Notes under the pieces: generated by a model | Told to the model about the DNA's origin: nothing | Databases searched by the model: none | Seen by the model: only the letters and a program-made list of their open reading frames with translations | Position numbers and translations under genes: made by a program | From: Candidatus Latescibacterota bacterium | GTDB lineage: Bacteria; Latescibacterota; UBA2968; GCA-2709665 | NCBI GenBank assembly: GCA_965219995.1 | Contig: CBDCOX010000002.1 | Span: 5,056,001-5,120,000 of the forward strand | DNA length: 64,000 nt | Direction of reading: 5' to 3' | Shown here: positions 10,448-19,670 of the stretch, piece after piece | Position numbering within the stretch: the stretch's first letter is position 1 | Layout: each line of letters starts with the position of its first letter

Positions 10448-11485
10448 TTAGTCTGCGTACGCCAGGTCTTGGAGAACAGAGGCGTCCGAGACGCGGTTTG
10501 AAATGTCCACATTGAAGAACTGTTCGATGGGCGCAAAGAGTTCAGGATTCCTGTCCTGCACGGTTCGCGCGATTTCGAGCACCTGAATCAGACCGTCCCG
10601 GTTCATCAGGCCCAGCGGCCGCCGGCACGGTCCGGCGGGCATGCCGAGGATATTCATCAACGTCTTTATGGGCACGGGGTTGCGGGCTTTGACCTGCGTC
10701 GTTCCGAAGGGTGTCTCTTCGTCCGAAAGGACGGTGACCATTCCGAAGAGGGGCCTGAGCGCATCCGCGAGGAGGTCCGCTTCATCCATATCGCCGTTGA
10801 GAATGGCCTGCGTGAAACGCTGTATGGGTCCGGGGACCACGTTGGACATCACGGAAATGACGCCGGCCGCACGGATTCGGGCGTCGGTCATCATGGCATA
10901 GGTGATGTCGTCGTCCCCTGAGAGAATGTAGAAATCGTCCCCGCAGACAACACGCGTCCGGGCCATGTTTTCCAGGTCGCCCGTGGCTTCTTTGACGGCA
11001 TTGACGTTATCGCAACCGCGGTGCAGGATGGCCAGGTCTTCCGGGAGCAGTTTCGTTCCCGAACGGCCCGGAATGACGTAGGAGACCATCTGAATTTCGG
11101 GAAATGCTTCGGCGACTGGCGCGACGTATTCCCGGCGGATTTCAAGCGAACTGGGACCGTTGTAATAGGGATCCACCAGCAGCGCGGTATCGGCGCCGGC
11201 GTGCGCGGCGTGCTCCGTGGCGCGCAGCGTTTCCTCCGTGGAATTCCCTCCGGTGCCGGCGATGGCGCGGCACTTCCCCCGGGCCAGCGCGCAGACCCGA
11301 TCCGTGACGCTGTTGTGTTCTCTACTGTCCAGGGTTGGGCTTTCGCCGGTGGTACCCACCGCCAGAACGCCGCTGACACCCTGCGATATCTGGAAATCGA
11401 CCAGCCTTTCCAGCCCCGGTTCGTCCACGCCTTTGTCGGCGTCCAGGGGAGTGATGAGAGCCGTATAACACCCGCTGAATAACAT
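10448..11485 (-). CDS. dapA: 4-hydroxy-tetrahydrodipicolinate synthase (long variant)
   Basis: TALITP, GTTGESPTL, PYYN, YVIPGRSG, VKEATG, LSGDD and NPVPIK motifs; GGAGGTG RBS before the ATG at 11485; lysine riboswitch upstream. Confidence 0.93.
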   Translation of the reverse strand: MLFSGCYTALITPLDADKGVDEPGLERLVDFQISQGVSGVLAVGTTGESPTLDSREHNSVTDRVCALARGKCRAIAGTGGNSTEETLRATEHAAHAGADTALLVDPYYNGPSSLEIRREYVAPVAEAFPEIQMVSYVIPGRSGTKLLPEDLAILHRGCDNVNAVKEATGDLENMARTRVVCGDDFYILSGDDDITYAMMTDARIRAAGVISVMSNVVPGPIQRFTQAILNGDMDEADLLADALRPLFGMVTVLSDEETPFGTTQVKARNPVPIKTLMNILGMPAGPCRRPLGLMNRDGLIQVLEIARTVQDRNPELFAPIEQFFNVDISNRVSDASVLQDLAYAD

Positions 11486-11534
11486 GGGGTCACCTCCAGG
11501 TGAAATTTGGGGGAACCGGATTGTCATTCAGGGC

Positions 11535-11583
11535 AAAAAAAACAGCCGGTTCCCGAGGAGAATGGAGGCAAGGCCGGCCGTGC
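11535..11583 (-). terminator. expression-platform terminator of the lysine riboswitch
   Basis: On the minus strand, ACGGCCGG...CCGGCTGT stem followed by a run of about 8 T, between the aptamer and dapA. Confidence 0.7.
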
Positions 11584-11603
11584 AAGGTCCAGCATGGATG
11601 GCG

Positions 11604-11778
11604 CAAGAGAGCACTCCACGGAGGATTCCGTGACAGTCCAGCGGATCTTATCCGAGTGGACCAGTCCCTATCTGCGGCGGAGCGGATTCGGGACTTCGGC
11701 AGGCTTCCCCTTTTGCCGATGCGATGGTTACGCCTCGTTGTCACCGGGTACTATTGAAAACCTGCGCCTCTACCCTTG
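11604..11778 (-). ncRNA. lysine riboswitch (L-box)
   Basis: Minus strand reads CAAGGGTAGAGGCGC...ATAGTA...AAAGGGG...GCCGAA...GACTGTCAC...GTGGAGTGCTCTCTTG, matching the conserved L-box blocks with P1 pairing; sits upstream of dapA. Confidence 0.93.
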
Positions 11779-11794
11779 CCTGTCGGAAAGCAAC

Positions 11795-11823
11795 AAATTA
11801 GCCAATGGCCCGGCCTGTGTCAA
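11795..11823 (-). promoter_or_regulatory. sigma70-type promoter for the riboswitch-dapA unit
   Basis: TTGACA-17 nt-TAATTT on the minus strand, placing the TSS just 5' of the aptamer. Confidence 0.75.
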
Positions 11824-12027
11824 GTGGAAAGATGGAACGCGGAACCCCATGTCGGGTGATCGGGGAGGGCCGGGAAGGCCTTCCAGTCGCGAAATGTGCG
11901 ATCTGTCGACCTGTTTTCGCTTTTCTTTATTCACTCCGTAGCCTATATTCCGTCTTTCGGTTTCCGGCGGTCTTCCGGCCTTGAACGGGCTGCCCGCCGG
12001 CAATGGCTATCCCACGGAAGGACGGTT

Positions 12028-13275
12028 ATGCATCCCGGTGAACCGCAGCGACATACGTTGAACAATGGAACTGAGGTCGTCGCAGAGTCCATGCCCGGCG
12101 CCCAATCCGTCGTAGTTGCGTTCCGTTTCGGCTTCGGGGCGAAAGACGATCCTGACGACCGGCTGGGCCTGGCCTGGGTCGCCGAGGAAACGCTTCTGAA
12201 GGGCACGCCGACGCGCGACGCGCGCTCGATCTACGACGCCTTCGATTCCCTTGGCGTGCGACGGGGGTCCGCGACGGCCGTTGAATTCATGGAGTTCCAG
12301 GCACAGCTGCTGCCCAGACATTTTCTGGAAGGCCTCATGCTTTACGCCGAAGTGTTCCGCAACGCATCGTTTTCCGATGAACAGGTTGAGGTGACGAAAG
12401 CGCTTGCGCTGGAGGAACTGAAGCGACTGGAAGACAATCCGACGCACCAGGTCATGTATATGACCTATCAGGCCGGCCTGGGGGATCCGATGGGGCGGAA
12501 TCCGCTGGGAGAAGCCCCGACGATTGCCGCTATCGACCCGTCTGACGTCCGCGATTTCTGGCGGCGACTGTGCGGCCCGCAGCATCTTCTGGTTTCTGTG
12601 GCCGGCGGGCTGAAGGCGGAAGAGATGTTCAGCGCGGTGGACGAGGCTTTCGGCGACTGGGGCCGGTCCGGGCCGCCGTCCGGCAGTCCGCAACCGGTAT
12701 CCGTGGCGGACAGGGCGGTACACCATCCCAAGGAATCCGAGCAGGCCCACATCGGCATTCTCTTCGAGGCCGCGCCACGGGGCCACGAGTTCTACTTTCC
12801 GGCCCAGCTGGCGGTGTCCGTACTCTCGGGCAGCGGGTCCAGCCGGCTGTTCACCGAGGTCAGGGAGAAGCGGGGACTGGCCTACAGTGTCTCGGCCTCC
12901 TATCGGGCGCGTCGGGGCGGCGGTCTGATTGCGCTGTATGCCGGCACCACGGCCGAACGCGCGGATGAAACCCTTGCCGTGTGCCGGCGTGAGGTCGGGC
13001 GGCTCGCGGAGGACGTGACGCAGGCCGAACTCGACCGGGCGAAGACCGTCCTGAAGGGTCAGTTGTTCACGACCGGCGATTTGCCGGAAGGCCGCGTGGG
13101 CAGTATGATGGACGGCCTGTTTCTGGATGGGCGGCCGCGTTCCATTCACCGGATTGCGGAAGGGATCGACGGCGTGACGCTGGATCGTGTGCCGGCCTGT
13201 CTCGATGCGTTTCCGCCGTCGCCGGCCACGATCGTTACACTGGGGCCGCGAGCCCTGGACGTACAGAGTACCTGA
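12028..13275 (+). CDS. M16 (insulinase) peptidase, non-catalytic subunit
   Basis: LNNG start and SSRLFTEVREKRGLAY motif; HXXEH replaced by WVAEE. Confidence 0.88.
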   Translation: MHPGEPQRHTLNNGTEVVAESMPGAQSVVVAFRFGFGAKDDPDDRLGLAWVAEETLLKGTPTRDARSIYDAFDSLGVRRGSATAVEFMEFQAQLLPRHFLEGLMLYAEVFRNASFSDEQVEVTKALALEELKRLEDNPTHQVMYMTYQAGLGDPMGRNPLGEAPTIAAIDPSDVRDFWRRLCGPQHLLVSVAGGLKAEEMFSAVDEAFGDWGRSGPPSGSPQPVSVADRAVHHPKESEQAHIGILFEAAPRGHEFYFPAQLAVSVLSGSGSSRLFTEVREKRGLAYSVSASYRARRGGGLIALYAGTTAERADETLAVCRREVGRLAEDVTQAELDRAKTVLKGQLFTTGDLPEGRVGSMMDGLFLDGRPRSIHRIAEGIDGVTLDRVPACLDAFPPSPATIVTLGPRALDVQST

Positions 13276-13296
13276 GCAGAATCACGGGAGATTTCC

Positions 13297-14529
13297 ATGC
13301 AGTCAACGTTTTCCACCCACACGCTCGACAACGGTCTTCAGCTGGTATTTGAGGCGATTCCCAGGATAAACTCCGCAGCACTGGGATTCTACGTCCATAC
13401 CGGCTCGCGCGACGAGCCCGCAAACCTGGCCGGCGTGTCGCATTTTCTGGAACATATGTGCTTCAAGGGAACGGCAAGCCGGGACTGGCGCCAGCTGAGT
13501 CTCGACGTCGACGATCTGGGTGCGATGTGGAATGCGTATACCTGGTGGGAGGGCACGGCCTATTTTCACTGGGTTCAGAGCGAACGGGCCGCGAATTCGG
13601 CGGAAATCCTGGCCGACATGATGCGGTCCACGCTGCCGGAAGACCAGTTCGACATGGAGAAGAAGGTCATCCTCGAAGAGATCGCGATGTACCGCGATCG
13701 GCCCGACGCGCTGATTATCGACGAACTGATTCAGGAAGCGTTCGCGGGCCACCCGCTCGGACAGAGCGTGCTTGGCACCGAGCACACCGTCGGGTCAATC
13801 TCCCGGGAGCAGATGTCGGGATACTTCGGGGATCGATACGCGCCGGACAACATGTCGTTCGTCGTGACCGGCAGATTCGACCGTGACGAGATGATTCGCG
13901 TGGCCGACGCGCAATGCGGCGCCTGGAAGCCGCGGGAGGCGGCTCGGGAGCAGGTGGCGCCGGAATTCCGGCCCTGCAGGAGCGTTCTGGAGCGCCCGAA
14001 CGTGATCCGGGAGCATATCGCCATGGCCTGGCCCGCGCCGTGCGAATCCGATGAATGGGCTGCGACCGCCGATCTGCTTTCCCACTACCTCGGCGCGGCC
14101 ACCAACAGCCGTCTGTTCTGGTCGGTTGTCCAGCAGGGGCTTGCTGACGAGGCGTCGGCTGACTTTTGCGGGTTCAGCGACACCGGTCTGTTCTATGTGT
14201 ACGTCTCGGTGGATCCGAAAAACGTCTCGCAGGTGCTGGAAATCGTGCGGCGGGAAATCGACGCGCTCAAGCGGGGTGTGGACGGGGAAGCCCTTGCGAG
14301 GTCCAGGACCAGGCAGGCGACCGCCCTCGTAATCGGGGGCGAGCACGGCCTCCGGCGGTTCTCGCAGATCGTTGGAAGCCTGAGTACCGGTACACCGCTG
14401 AAAACGCTGGAGGAGGAACTGGCCGAGATCGACGCCGTGACGCCGAAACGGGTCGCCGAGTACCTGGAGCGTCACCCGCTCAACGGTGAAGCGGCGATGG
14501 TCGCGCTCGGGCCGTTGACGTCGATATGA
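13297..14529 (+). CDS. M16 (insulinase) zinc peptidase, catalytic subunit
   Basis: GSRDE, HFLEHMCFKGT (HXXEH), NAYT and EKKVILEEI motifs. Confidence 0.92.
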   Translation: MQSTFSTHTLDNGLQLVFEAIPRINSAALGFYVHTGSRDEPANLAGVSHFLEHMCFKGTASRDWRQLSLDVDDLGAMWNAYTWWEGTAYFHWVQSERAANSAEILADMMRSTLPEDQFDMEKKVILEEIAMYRDRPDALIIDELIQEAFAGHPLGQSVLGTEHTVGSISREQMSGYFGDRYAPDNMSFVVTGRFDRDEMIRVADAQCGAWKPREAAREQVAPEFRPCRSVLERPNVIREHIAMAWPAPCESDEWAATADLLSHYLGAATNSRLFWSVVQQGLADEASADFCGFSDTGLFYVYVSVDPKNVSQVLEIVRREIDALKRGVDGEALARSRTRQATALVIGGEHGLRRFSQIVGSLSTGTPLKTLEEELAEIDAVTPKRVAEYLERHPLNGEAAMVALGPLTSI

Positions 14530-14544
14530 GCGGCGATGGGGGGT

Positions 14545-15768
14545 TCAGGCGTAGCGGGCGAGGACGTCGTCGAGGGAGCGGGCGGGCTTGAAAAAGGAGA
14601 GGACGCGCAGCAGTACCGCGTCGACGATAGCGTCCGGGCAGGAAGCGCCGGATGTCAGCGCCATGGTCAAGGGTCGATTTTCCGGAATCCAGTCCGTCGT
14701 CAAGGCGGTTTTTTTTGTTTCAAGGTTGAAGTGGCGGATCATGGATTCCGAACGGATCTCATCGGCGTCTTTGATAAAATAGGTGGGCATCCGTTCAAGG
14801 CAGAGCTCCACGATATGCGACGTGTTGGACGAGTTGTAACCACCGACGACGAGCGCCAGGTCGGCGTCCTGGTCGACCAGGGCATAGGTCGCGTTCTGGT
14901 TTTCATTGGTCGCGTAGCAGAGCGTATCCGACGTGTCGGCGTAATGATTCTGCAGGTTTTCCTCACCGTGACGGTCCACGAGGGCTTCCCGGATGACCTC
15001 TGCGATTTGCCTCGTCTCGGCAGCCAGCATGGTGGTCTGATTGACGATTCCGATGCGCTTGAGGTGCAGATCCGGGTCGAAGCCTTCGGAGCACTTGTGG
15101 CCGAATCGTTCGAAGAAAGCCTCGCGGTCTGAGGCGCCCCGGATGAAGTCGGCGAGTATGTGCGTCTCCTCCACGTCCATGACCACAACCGTAGGCGCGT
15201 TTCGGACGCTGTGGGAGAAGGTGGCGCGGGTCTCCTGGTGGGCGTCGTTACCGTGCACGACCACGGAGAATCCCGAATCGCCCAGTTTGACGCTGCGGTT
15301 CCAGACCCGCTCCACAAAGGGACACGTCGTGTTGTACGTGTAGGCGTCGATACCGCGGGCGGCAAGGGCTTCCTGTATTTCCAATGTGGTACCGAACGCG
15401 GGCACCACAACGATGTCTTCCTGAGAAAGATGTTCCCACGGGATGAGTTGCATGCCGTACGGGTCGAAGATAAACTCCACGCCCCGGTCCTTCAGGTCGT
15501 TGTTGACGTTCGAATTGTGAATCATCTCGTTGAGGAAGTAGATGCGCTGATCCGGGTGTTCGTCCAGGGTCTTGTATGCGATTTCGATTGCGTTTTCCAC
15601 CCCGAAGCAGAACCCGAAATGCCGGGCCAGCAGAAACCGGACCGGGCCGAAGTCGAGCACTGAAGGCGAGAGATCCCGTTTGCGCATGTCCTGCATCTGC
15701 CTGAACGCCTTCACGCGTGAGATAACAGGACTCTTGTAGAAATCAGGAATGTCGAACTGGCGTGCCAT
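14545..15768 (-). CDS. ispH: 4-hydroxy-3-methylbut-2-enyl diphosphate reductase
   Basis: FGFCFGVENA, EMIHN, TTCPFV, HQET, NQTTM, DTLCYAT.ENQ, GGYNSSNT and SGASCP motifs. Confidence 0.94.
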   Translation of the reverse strand: MARQFDIPDFYKSPVISRVKAFRQMQDMRKRDLSPSVLDFGPVRFLLARHFGFCFGVENAIEIAYKTLDEHPDQRIYFLNEMIHNSNVNNDLKDRGVEFIFDPYGMQLIPWEHLSQEDIVVVPAFGTTLEIQEALAARGIDAYTYNTTCPFVERVWNRSVKLGDSGFSVVVHGNDAHQETRATFSHSVRNAPTVVVMDVEETHILADFIRGASDREAFFERFGHKCSEGFDPDLHLKRIGIVNQTTMLAAETRQIAEVIREALVDRHGEENLQNHYADTSDTLCYATNENQNATYALVDQDADLALVVGGYNSSNTSHIVELCLERMPTYFIKDADEIRSESMIRHFNLETKKTALTTDWIPENRPLTMALTSGASCPDAIVDAVLLRVLSFFKPARSLDDVLARYA

Positions 15769-15843
15769 GATTCGGCTCCGGCCTGTGAATCGGACCCGTC
15801 CGGCAAGCAATGAGCCGGGGGCCCGCATTATCCACCCGCACCT

Positions 15844-16290
15844 CTATCGTCCGGTACTCCCGAATCCGCCGCGATCCGGTGCGCCGAGGGTTTCGGTCTC
15901 TGTCCAGTCGGCCTGGACGATACGGACGAAAATCCCCTGTGCGAGCCGTTCGCGGCGCTGAACGTTCACCGGACGACCTGTAAAGTTGTAGACCTGGACG
16001 TGGATCTCGTCGTTTGGACCCCGGTAATCCTGATCGACAATGCCCACGCCGTTCGGTACCATCAGGCCCTTTCTGCGCGGGAGGCTGCTGCGGGCCGCAA
16101 GCAGGAGCATGTAACCGGGAGGTACCGCAACGATGAGATTGGCCGGAACAAGACGGATTTCGCCCGGCGGGACGACCATGTCCTTCCGGCAAAGCAGATC
16201 GAATCCGACCGAACCCGGTGTCTGGTGGCGCGGCAGAGGCAGCGTCGGGTCCACTCGTCTGACCTGGATTTTCTTGACTGGCTCGCTCAG
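15844..16290 (-). CDS. dut: dUTP diphosphatase
   Basis: GSVGFDL, ARSS, GIVDQDYRG, ERLAQ and RGGFGSTG motifs; start uncertain (GTG at 16254 or CTG at 16290). Confidence 0.93.
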   Translation of the reverse strand: MSEPVKKIQVRRVDPTLPLPRHQTPGSVGFDLLCRKDMVVPPGEIRLVPANLIVAVPPGYMLLLAARSSLPRRKGLMVPNGVGIVDQDYRGPNDEIHVQVYNFTGRPVNVQRRERLAQGIFVRIVQADWTETETLGAPDRGGFGSTGR

Positions 16291-16605
16291 TATCCCGCTT
16301 CCTTTCGGTGCTGGACTGTCGATGTGACAATGTTAACCATCGGGTCGCGGGCTGTCAATAGTTTTCCTGAAATCAGCGCCGGATTCCGTCGATTCTTCCT
16401 GCCGTTATGGCTTGACATTCCGGGTTCCCGTTGCAATCATATACCGCATCCGCGTTTGGTGCGAAAGAGGTTACCCGAGGGGCGACGCCGGTGCCCGGAA
16501 GGCGCCTCGCGGCCGCGCGCAGGTGGGCGGTCCGGGCGGGTCCCCGGACGATCCTCAATCGCCGCGGGTGCTGGGTTGAAGTACGATCCACGAGGTGAAT
16601 TACGG

Positions 16606-18561
16606 ATGGAAAGTCGATACGAGCGGTGGACGCGTCATCTGCTGCCGCTGCCTCACGAGATCGCGTTCGAAGGCGATATTGAATGCCGACCCGAACAGGT
16701 TTCGATTGTGGTCAGGCCCGGAGCGGGCGCGGTCGAGACACATGCGGCAGCGATGCTGGAACGCCTGTGCGCCACCGGCGAGGGTCCGATGCCCGCGGGA
16801 GGGGTTTTCGAAGTCTCGATCGGGCTGGTGGAACGCGGTCCGGACGCGGATTTGCTGCGGGGGTTGCCGAATTGCAATCAGGCATATACCATCCGGCCGG
16901 AGGGGCGGCGGCGCCTCGTGCTTGCCGCGTTGGCCGATCCCGGAATTTCGTACGCGGCCCGGACACTCTGCCAGTTGCTGGAACCGATGCTGACGCCCGG
17001 AGGCATCCGCATTCCGCTCGTTTCGGTGACCGATTGGCCGGATCTGGACGAACGCGGGATGTGGAACTTTCCACCGCCGGAGGAATGGATTCCGTGGATG
17101 GCGTCAATGAAATTGAACTACGGAAAAATGGCCACCACGGAACTGTCCAGGGTGGTGCGAGGGAAGGCCAACCGCGCCAGGATCGACACAGCGCTGATGG
17201 AAAAGGCTCGCCTGCTGGGATTTCACTATGTGCCGATGATCACCCATCTGAATTTCCTGCATGAACGCGGCCTGTACCGGGCCTATCCCGAGTTGGCGGG
17301 CAAGGGCGACGGGGCGCTGGCCGGGCGGTATTTCGCTCACAAGCAGGGCAAACAGCATCGGGCGCCCTGCGCATCCAATCCCCTGCTCGTGGATATCCTG
17401 GCCGAGTGGATGTCGGACATCGCATCCCAGGGCGCGCTGGAGGTGGGCTGCTGGCTGACCGAGCGGCCCGCCCAGTGTGAATGCGGCGACTGCACGTCAC
17501 GCGGGCAGTTTGTGCTCGAAGCCAGGGCGTTCGTACACGCCTGGAAGCGGATTCGTCCCCGGTATCCCGGGTTCAACATTCGCGTGTTTCTGTCGACCAC
17601 GACGTCTGAGCGGGACTACCGGGTCGTGGCGGAGTTGCCGCCAGAGGTCAAGATCGAACGTGCATGCGCAACCGAAATGGAGCGCGTGCCGCACCTGCCC
17701 CGGGATCTGGCGGCCAATCCCCTTCTGGATCACCTTGCATCGCAGGGTCGCTGGATCGCCAGCTACGACGTGCCGATCAACGCGAACGGACGGGTGGATA
17801 CCCCCGAATTCAAGGTTCCGCAGTCGTCACCGCATCGGATCCGGGACTACGTGGGTCAGCTGATTCGCAGGCAATACAGCGGGGCCTACGGAATGATGGC
17901 GTGGGTCGGCAGGGGAAAGGAGACGTGCGGGTACAACGTCGCGGCCCTGGCGGAATATTCGTGGAACCTGAACGGACGCAGCGAACGGGAGTTCGCCGTG
18001 GCGTGGGCCACGCGGGAAGGGTATCGGGACGCCGACGCGTTCGGAGAATGGTCGGAACGGACAGGACCCGTGGCGTTCGACGTCTACGATTCCGATTTCC
18101 CGATCTGTTATTCCTGGGGCAAAGCGGCTGAGATGATTCGGCAAAAGGAGCGGCCGTATCTCGGCGAGGGCATGTTCCGTTATTTTGAAGATGAACAGGC
18201 CTTCGAGCAAAAGGCTGACGGGTGCCGCCAGGCGATCCGGATCGCTTCTGAATTCGAGCGTCCGCATTGCGCCAATGAGACACGTGTGGTGATGACCTAC
18301 GTGGAACTGGCCCGGTGCGTCTATCGCGTCGCGGAACAGGTGGCGACGTGCGACCTGGCCGACTTCGACGTTCAGACCCGGCTTCATGCCGCCCTCGAAT
18401 CGCTCGAAAAAGCAGGCCGGGACAACGTTGCGGCGATCCGAAACTGGCGGGCGGCACTGGGACCGGAACCGTGGCACGCTCGGGTCCACGATGCGATTCG
18501 AGGTACGGAGACAACCGTTGGCGAGATTGCAGGGTTCCTGCGGGATCGATATTTGTATTAG
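16606..18561 (+). CDS. hypothetical protein with GH20-like zincin N-terminal domain and a probable TIM barrel
   Basis: LLPLP..I, AYTI, GISYAARTL.QL and VTDWPDL..RG are typical of the GH20 domain-2 module; Cys cluster CASNP...CECGDC; start after the GAGGTG RBS. Confidence 0.65.
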   Translation: MESRYERWTRHLLPLPHEIAFEGDIECRPEQVSIVVRPGAGAVETHAAAMLERLCATGEGPMPAGGVFEVSIGLVERGPDADLLRGLPNCNQAYTIRPEGRRRLVLAALADPGISYAARTLCQLLEPMLTPGGIRIPLVSVTDWPDLDERGMWNFPPPEEWIPWMASMKLNYGKMATTELSRVVRGKANRARIDTALMEKARLLGFHYVPMITHLNFLHERGLYRAYPELAGKGDGALAGRYFAHKQGKQHRAPCASNPLLVDILAEWMSDIASQGALEVGCWLTERPAQCECGDCTSRGQFVLEARAFVHAWKRIRPRYPGFNIRVFLSTTTSERDYRVVAELPPEVKIERACATEMERVPHLPRDLAANPLLDHLASQGRWIASYDVPINANGRVDTPEFKVPQSSPHRIRDYVGQLIRRQYSGAYGMMAWVGRGKETCGYNVAALAEYSWNLNGRSEREFAVAWATREGYRDADAFGEWSERTGPVAFDVYDSDFPICYSWGKAAEMIRQKERPYLGEGMFRYFEDEQAFEQKADGCRQAIRIASEFERPHCANETRVVMTYVELARCVYRVAEQVATCDLADFDVQTRLHAALESLEKAGRDNVAAIRNWRAALGPEPWHARVHDAIRGTETTVGEIAGFLRDRYLY

Positions 18562-18593
18562 CCGGAGGCGAACCGCGCCTTCAAGGAACTAAG

Positions 18594-19649
18594 ATGCCGA
18601 TTTTGTCGCATGAAACCTTAAGAAAATGCGGGTACGCGGTATTTGTTGCCGCCGGGCTGCCGGAAGACCAGGCGCGGATCGTAACCGATCATCTCGTGGA
18701 TGCGAATCTGATGGGGCACGACTCCCACGGCATCCACCGGATGCCTGGCTATGCGCGCGGCGTGAAGGCGGGGACGATCAAGCCCGCCGGAAACCATGAA
18801 GTGGTACGGGAGACGCCGGCTTCCCTGACCATCGACGCCGGCGCAGGAATCGGCATCGTGGTGGCCAATATCGCCATGCGCATGGCAGTAGACCGCGCCC
18901 TTGAGCACACGCTCGGTGCGGTTGCGGTCCATCGGTCCGGACACATCGGCAGGCTGGGAGACTTTCCGTCCATTGCGGCAGCGCGCGATTGTATCGGAAT
19001 CCTGATATTGAACGGAGGAGGACGGTTCGCGGCGCCCTTCGGCGGCACAGCCCAGCGGCTGCCCCCCAACCCGATCGCGATCGGCGTCCCCACCGGAGAC
19101 GGTCCGCCCATGACGCTGGATATCACGACCAGCATGGTGGCAGGCGGCAAGGTGGACATCTGCCGCTTGCGGAAACAACGATTGCCCGAAGGCTGGATGG
19201 TCGACCTGGATGGAAACACCGTCACCGATCCTGAGGAATTCTACGCCGGAAACGCGGCCATGCTGCCCCTGGGAGGCCCGGTGGGCCATAAGGGGTACGG
19301 TCTGGCGATGATGATCGACGCCATCGCGGGCGGACTATCCTGGGCCGGATGCAGTACGGAGGCGCCCACGCGGGGCGCGAGCGGGTTTCTTGCATTGGCA
19401 ATAAAGATCGAGAGCTTCGTGGACGTTGACGATTTCAAGTCGGAGGTGGGGAAACTGATCGATTGGGTGAAATCGTCGCCGAAGATGCCAGGGGTAGAGA
19501 CGATCTACGTGCCGGGAGAGATTGAAGCGGAGACGCGAAGGGAACGGGAGTCCGAAGGGGTGTACCTGGAGGACGCGACGTGGTCGGAGATCCGTTCCGT
19601 GGCCGAAGAAATGGGCGTGTCGGTGTCGGACACGGGCGCCGTGGCGTAA
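18594..19649 (+). CDS. Ldh_2-family (malate/lactate/ureidoglycolate) oxidoreductase
   Basis: GHDSHG, HIGRLG, NPIAIG, LDITTS, GHKGYGL and YVPGE motifs. Confidence 0.92.
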   Translation: MPILSHETLRKCGYAVFVAAGLPEDQARIVTDHLVDANLMGHDSHGIHRMPGYARGVKAGTIKPAGNHEVVRETPASLTIDAGAGIGIVVANIAMRMAVDRALEHTLGAVAVHRSGHIGRLGDFPSIAAARDCIGILILNGGGRFAAPFGGTAQRLPPNPIAIGVPTGDGPPMTLDITTSMVAGGKVDICRLRKQRLPEGWMVDLDGNTVTDPEEFYAGNAAMLPLGGPVGHKGYGLAMMIDAIAGGLSWAGCSTEAPTRGASGFLALAIKIESFVDVDDFKSEVGKLIDWVKSSPKMPGVETIYVPGEIEAETRRERESEGVYLEDATWSEIRSVAEEMGVSVSDTGAVA

Positions 19650-19670
19650 ATCTAACAATGGAGAACAGGC

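Noticed and set aside
12028-13275. M16 gene lacking HXXEH as a pseudogene or novelty
   Set aside because: Catalytic plus non-catalytic M16B pairs are well known, and the ORF is intact.
16000-16605. N-terminal extensions of ORFs 16000.., 18315.., ..54785, ..46652 and ..41978
   Set aside because: They overlap other genes or promoter regions; downstream starts fit the RBS and family N-termini better.
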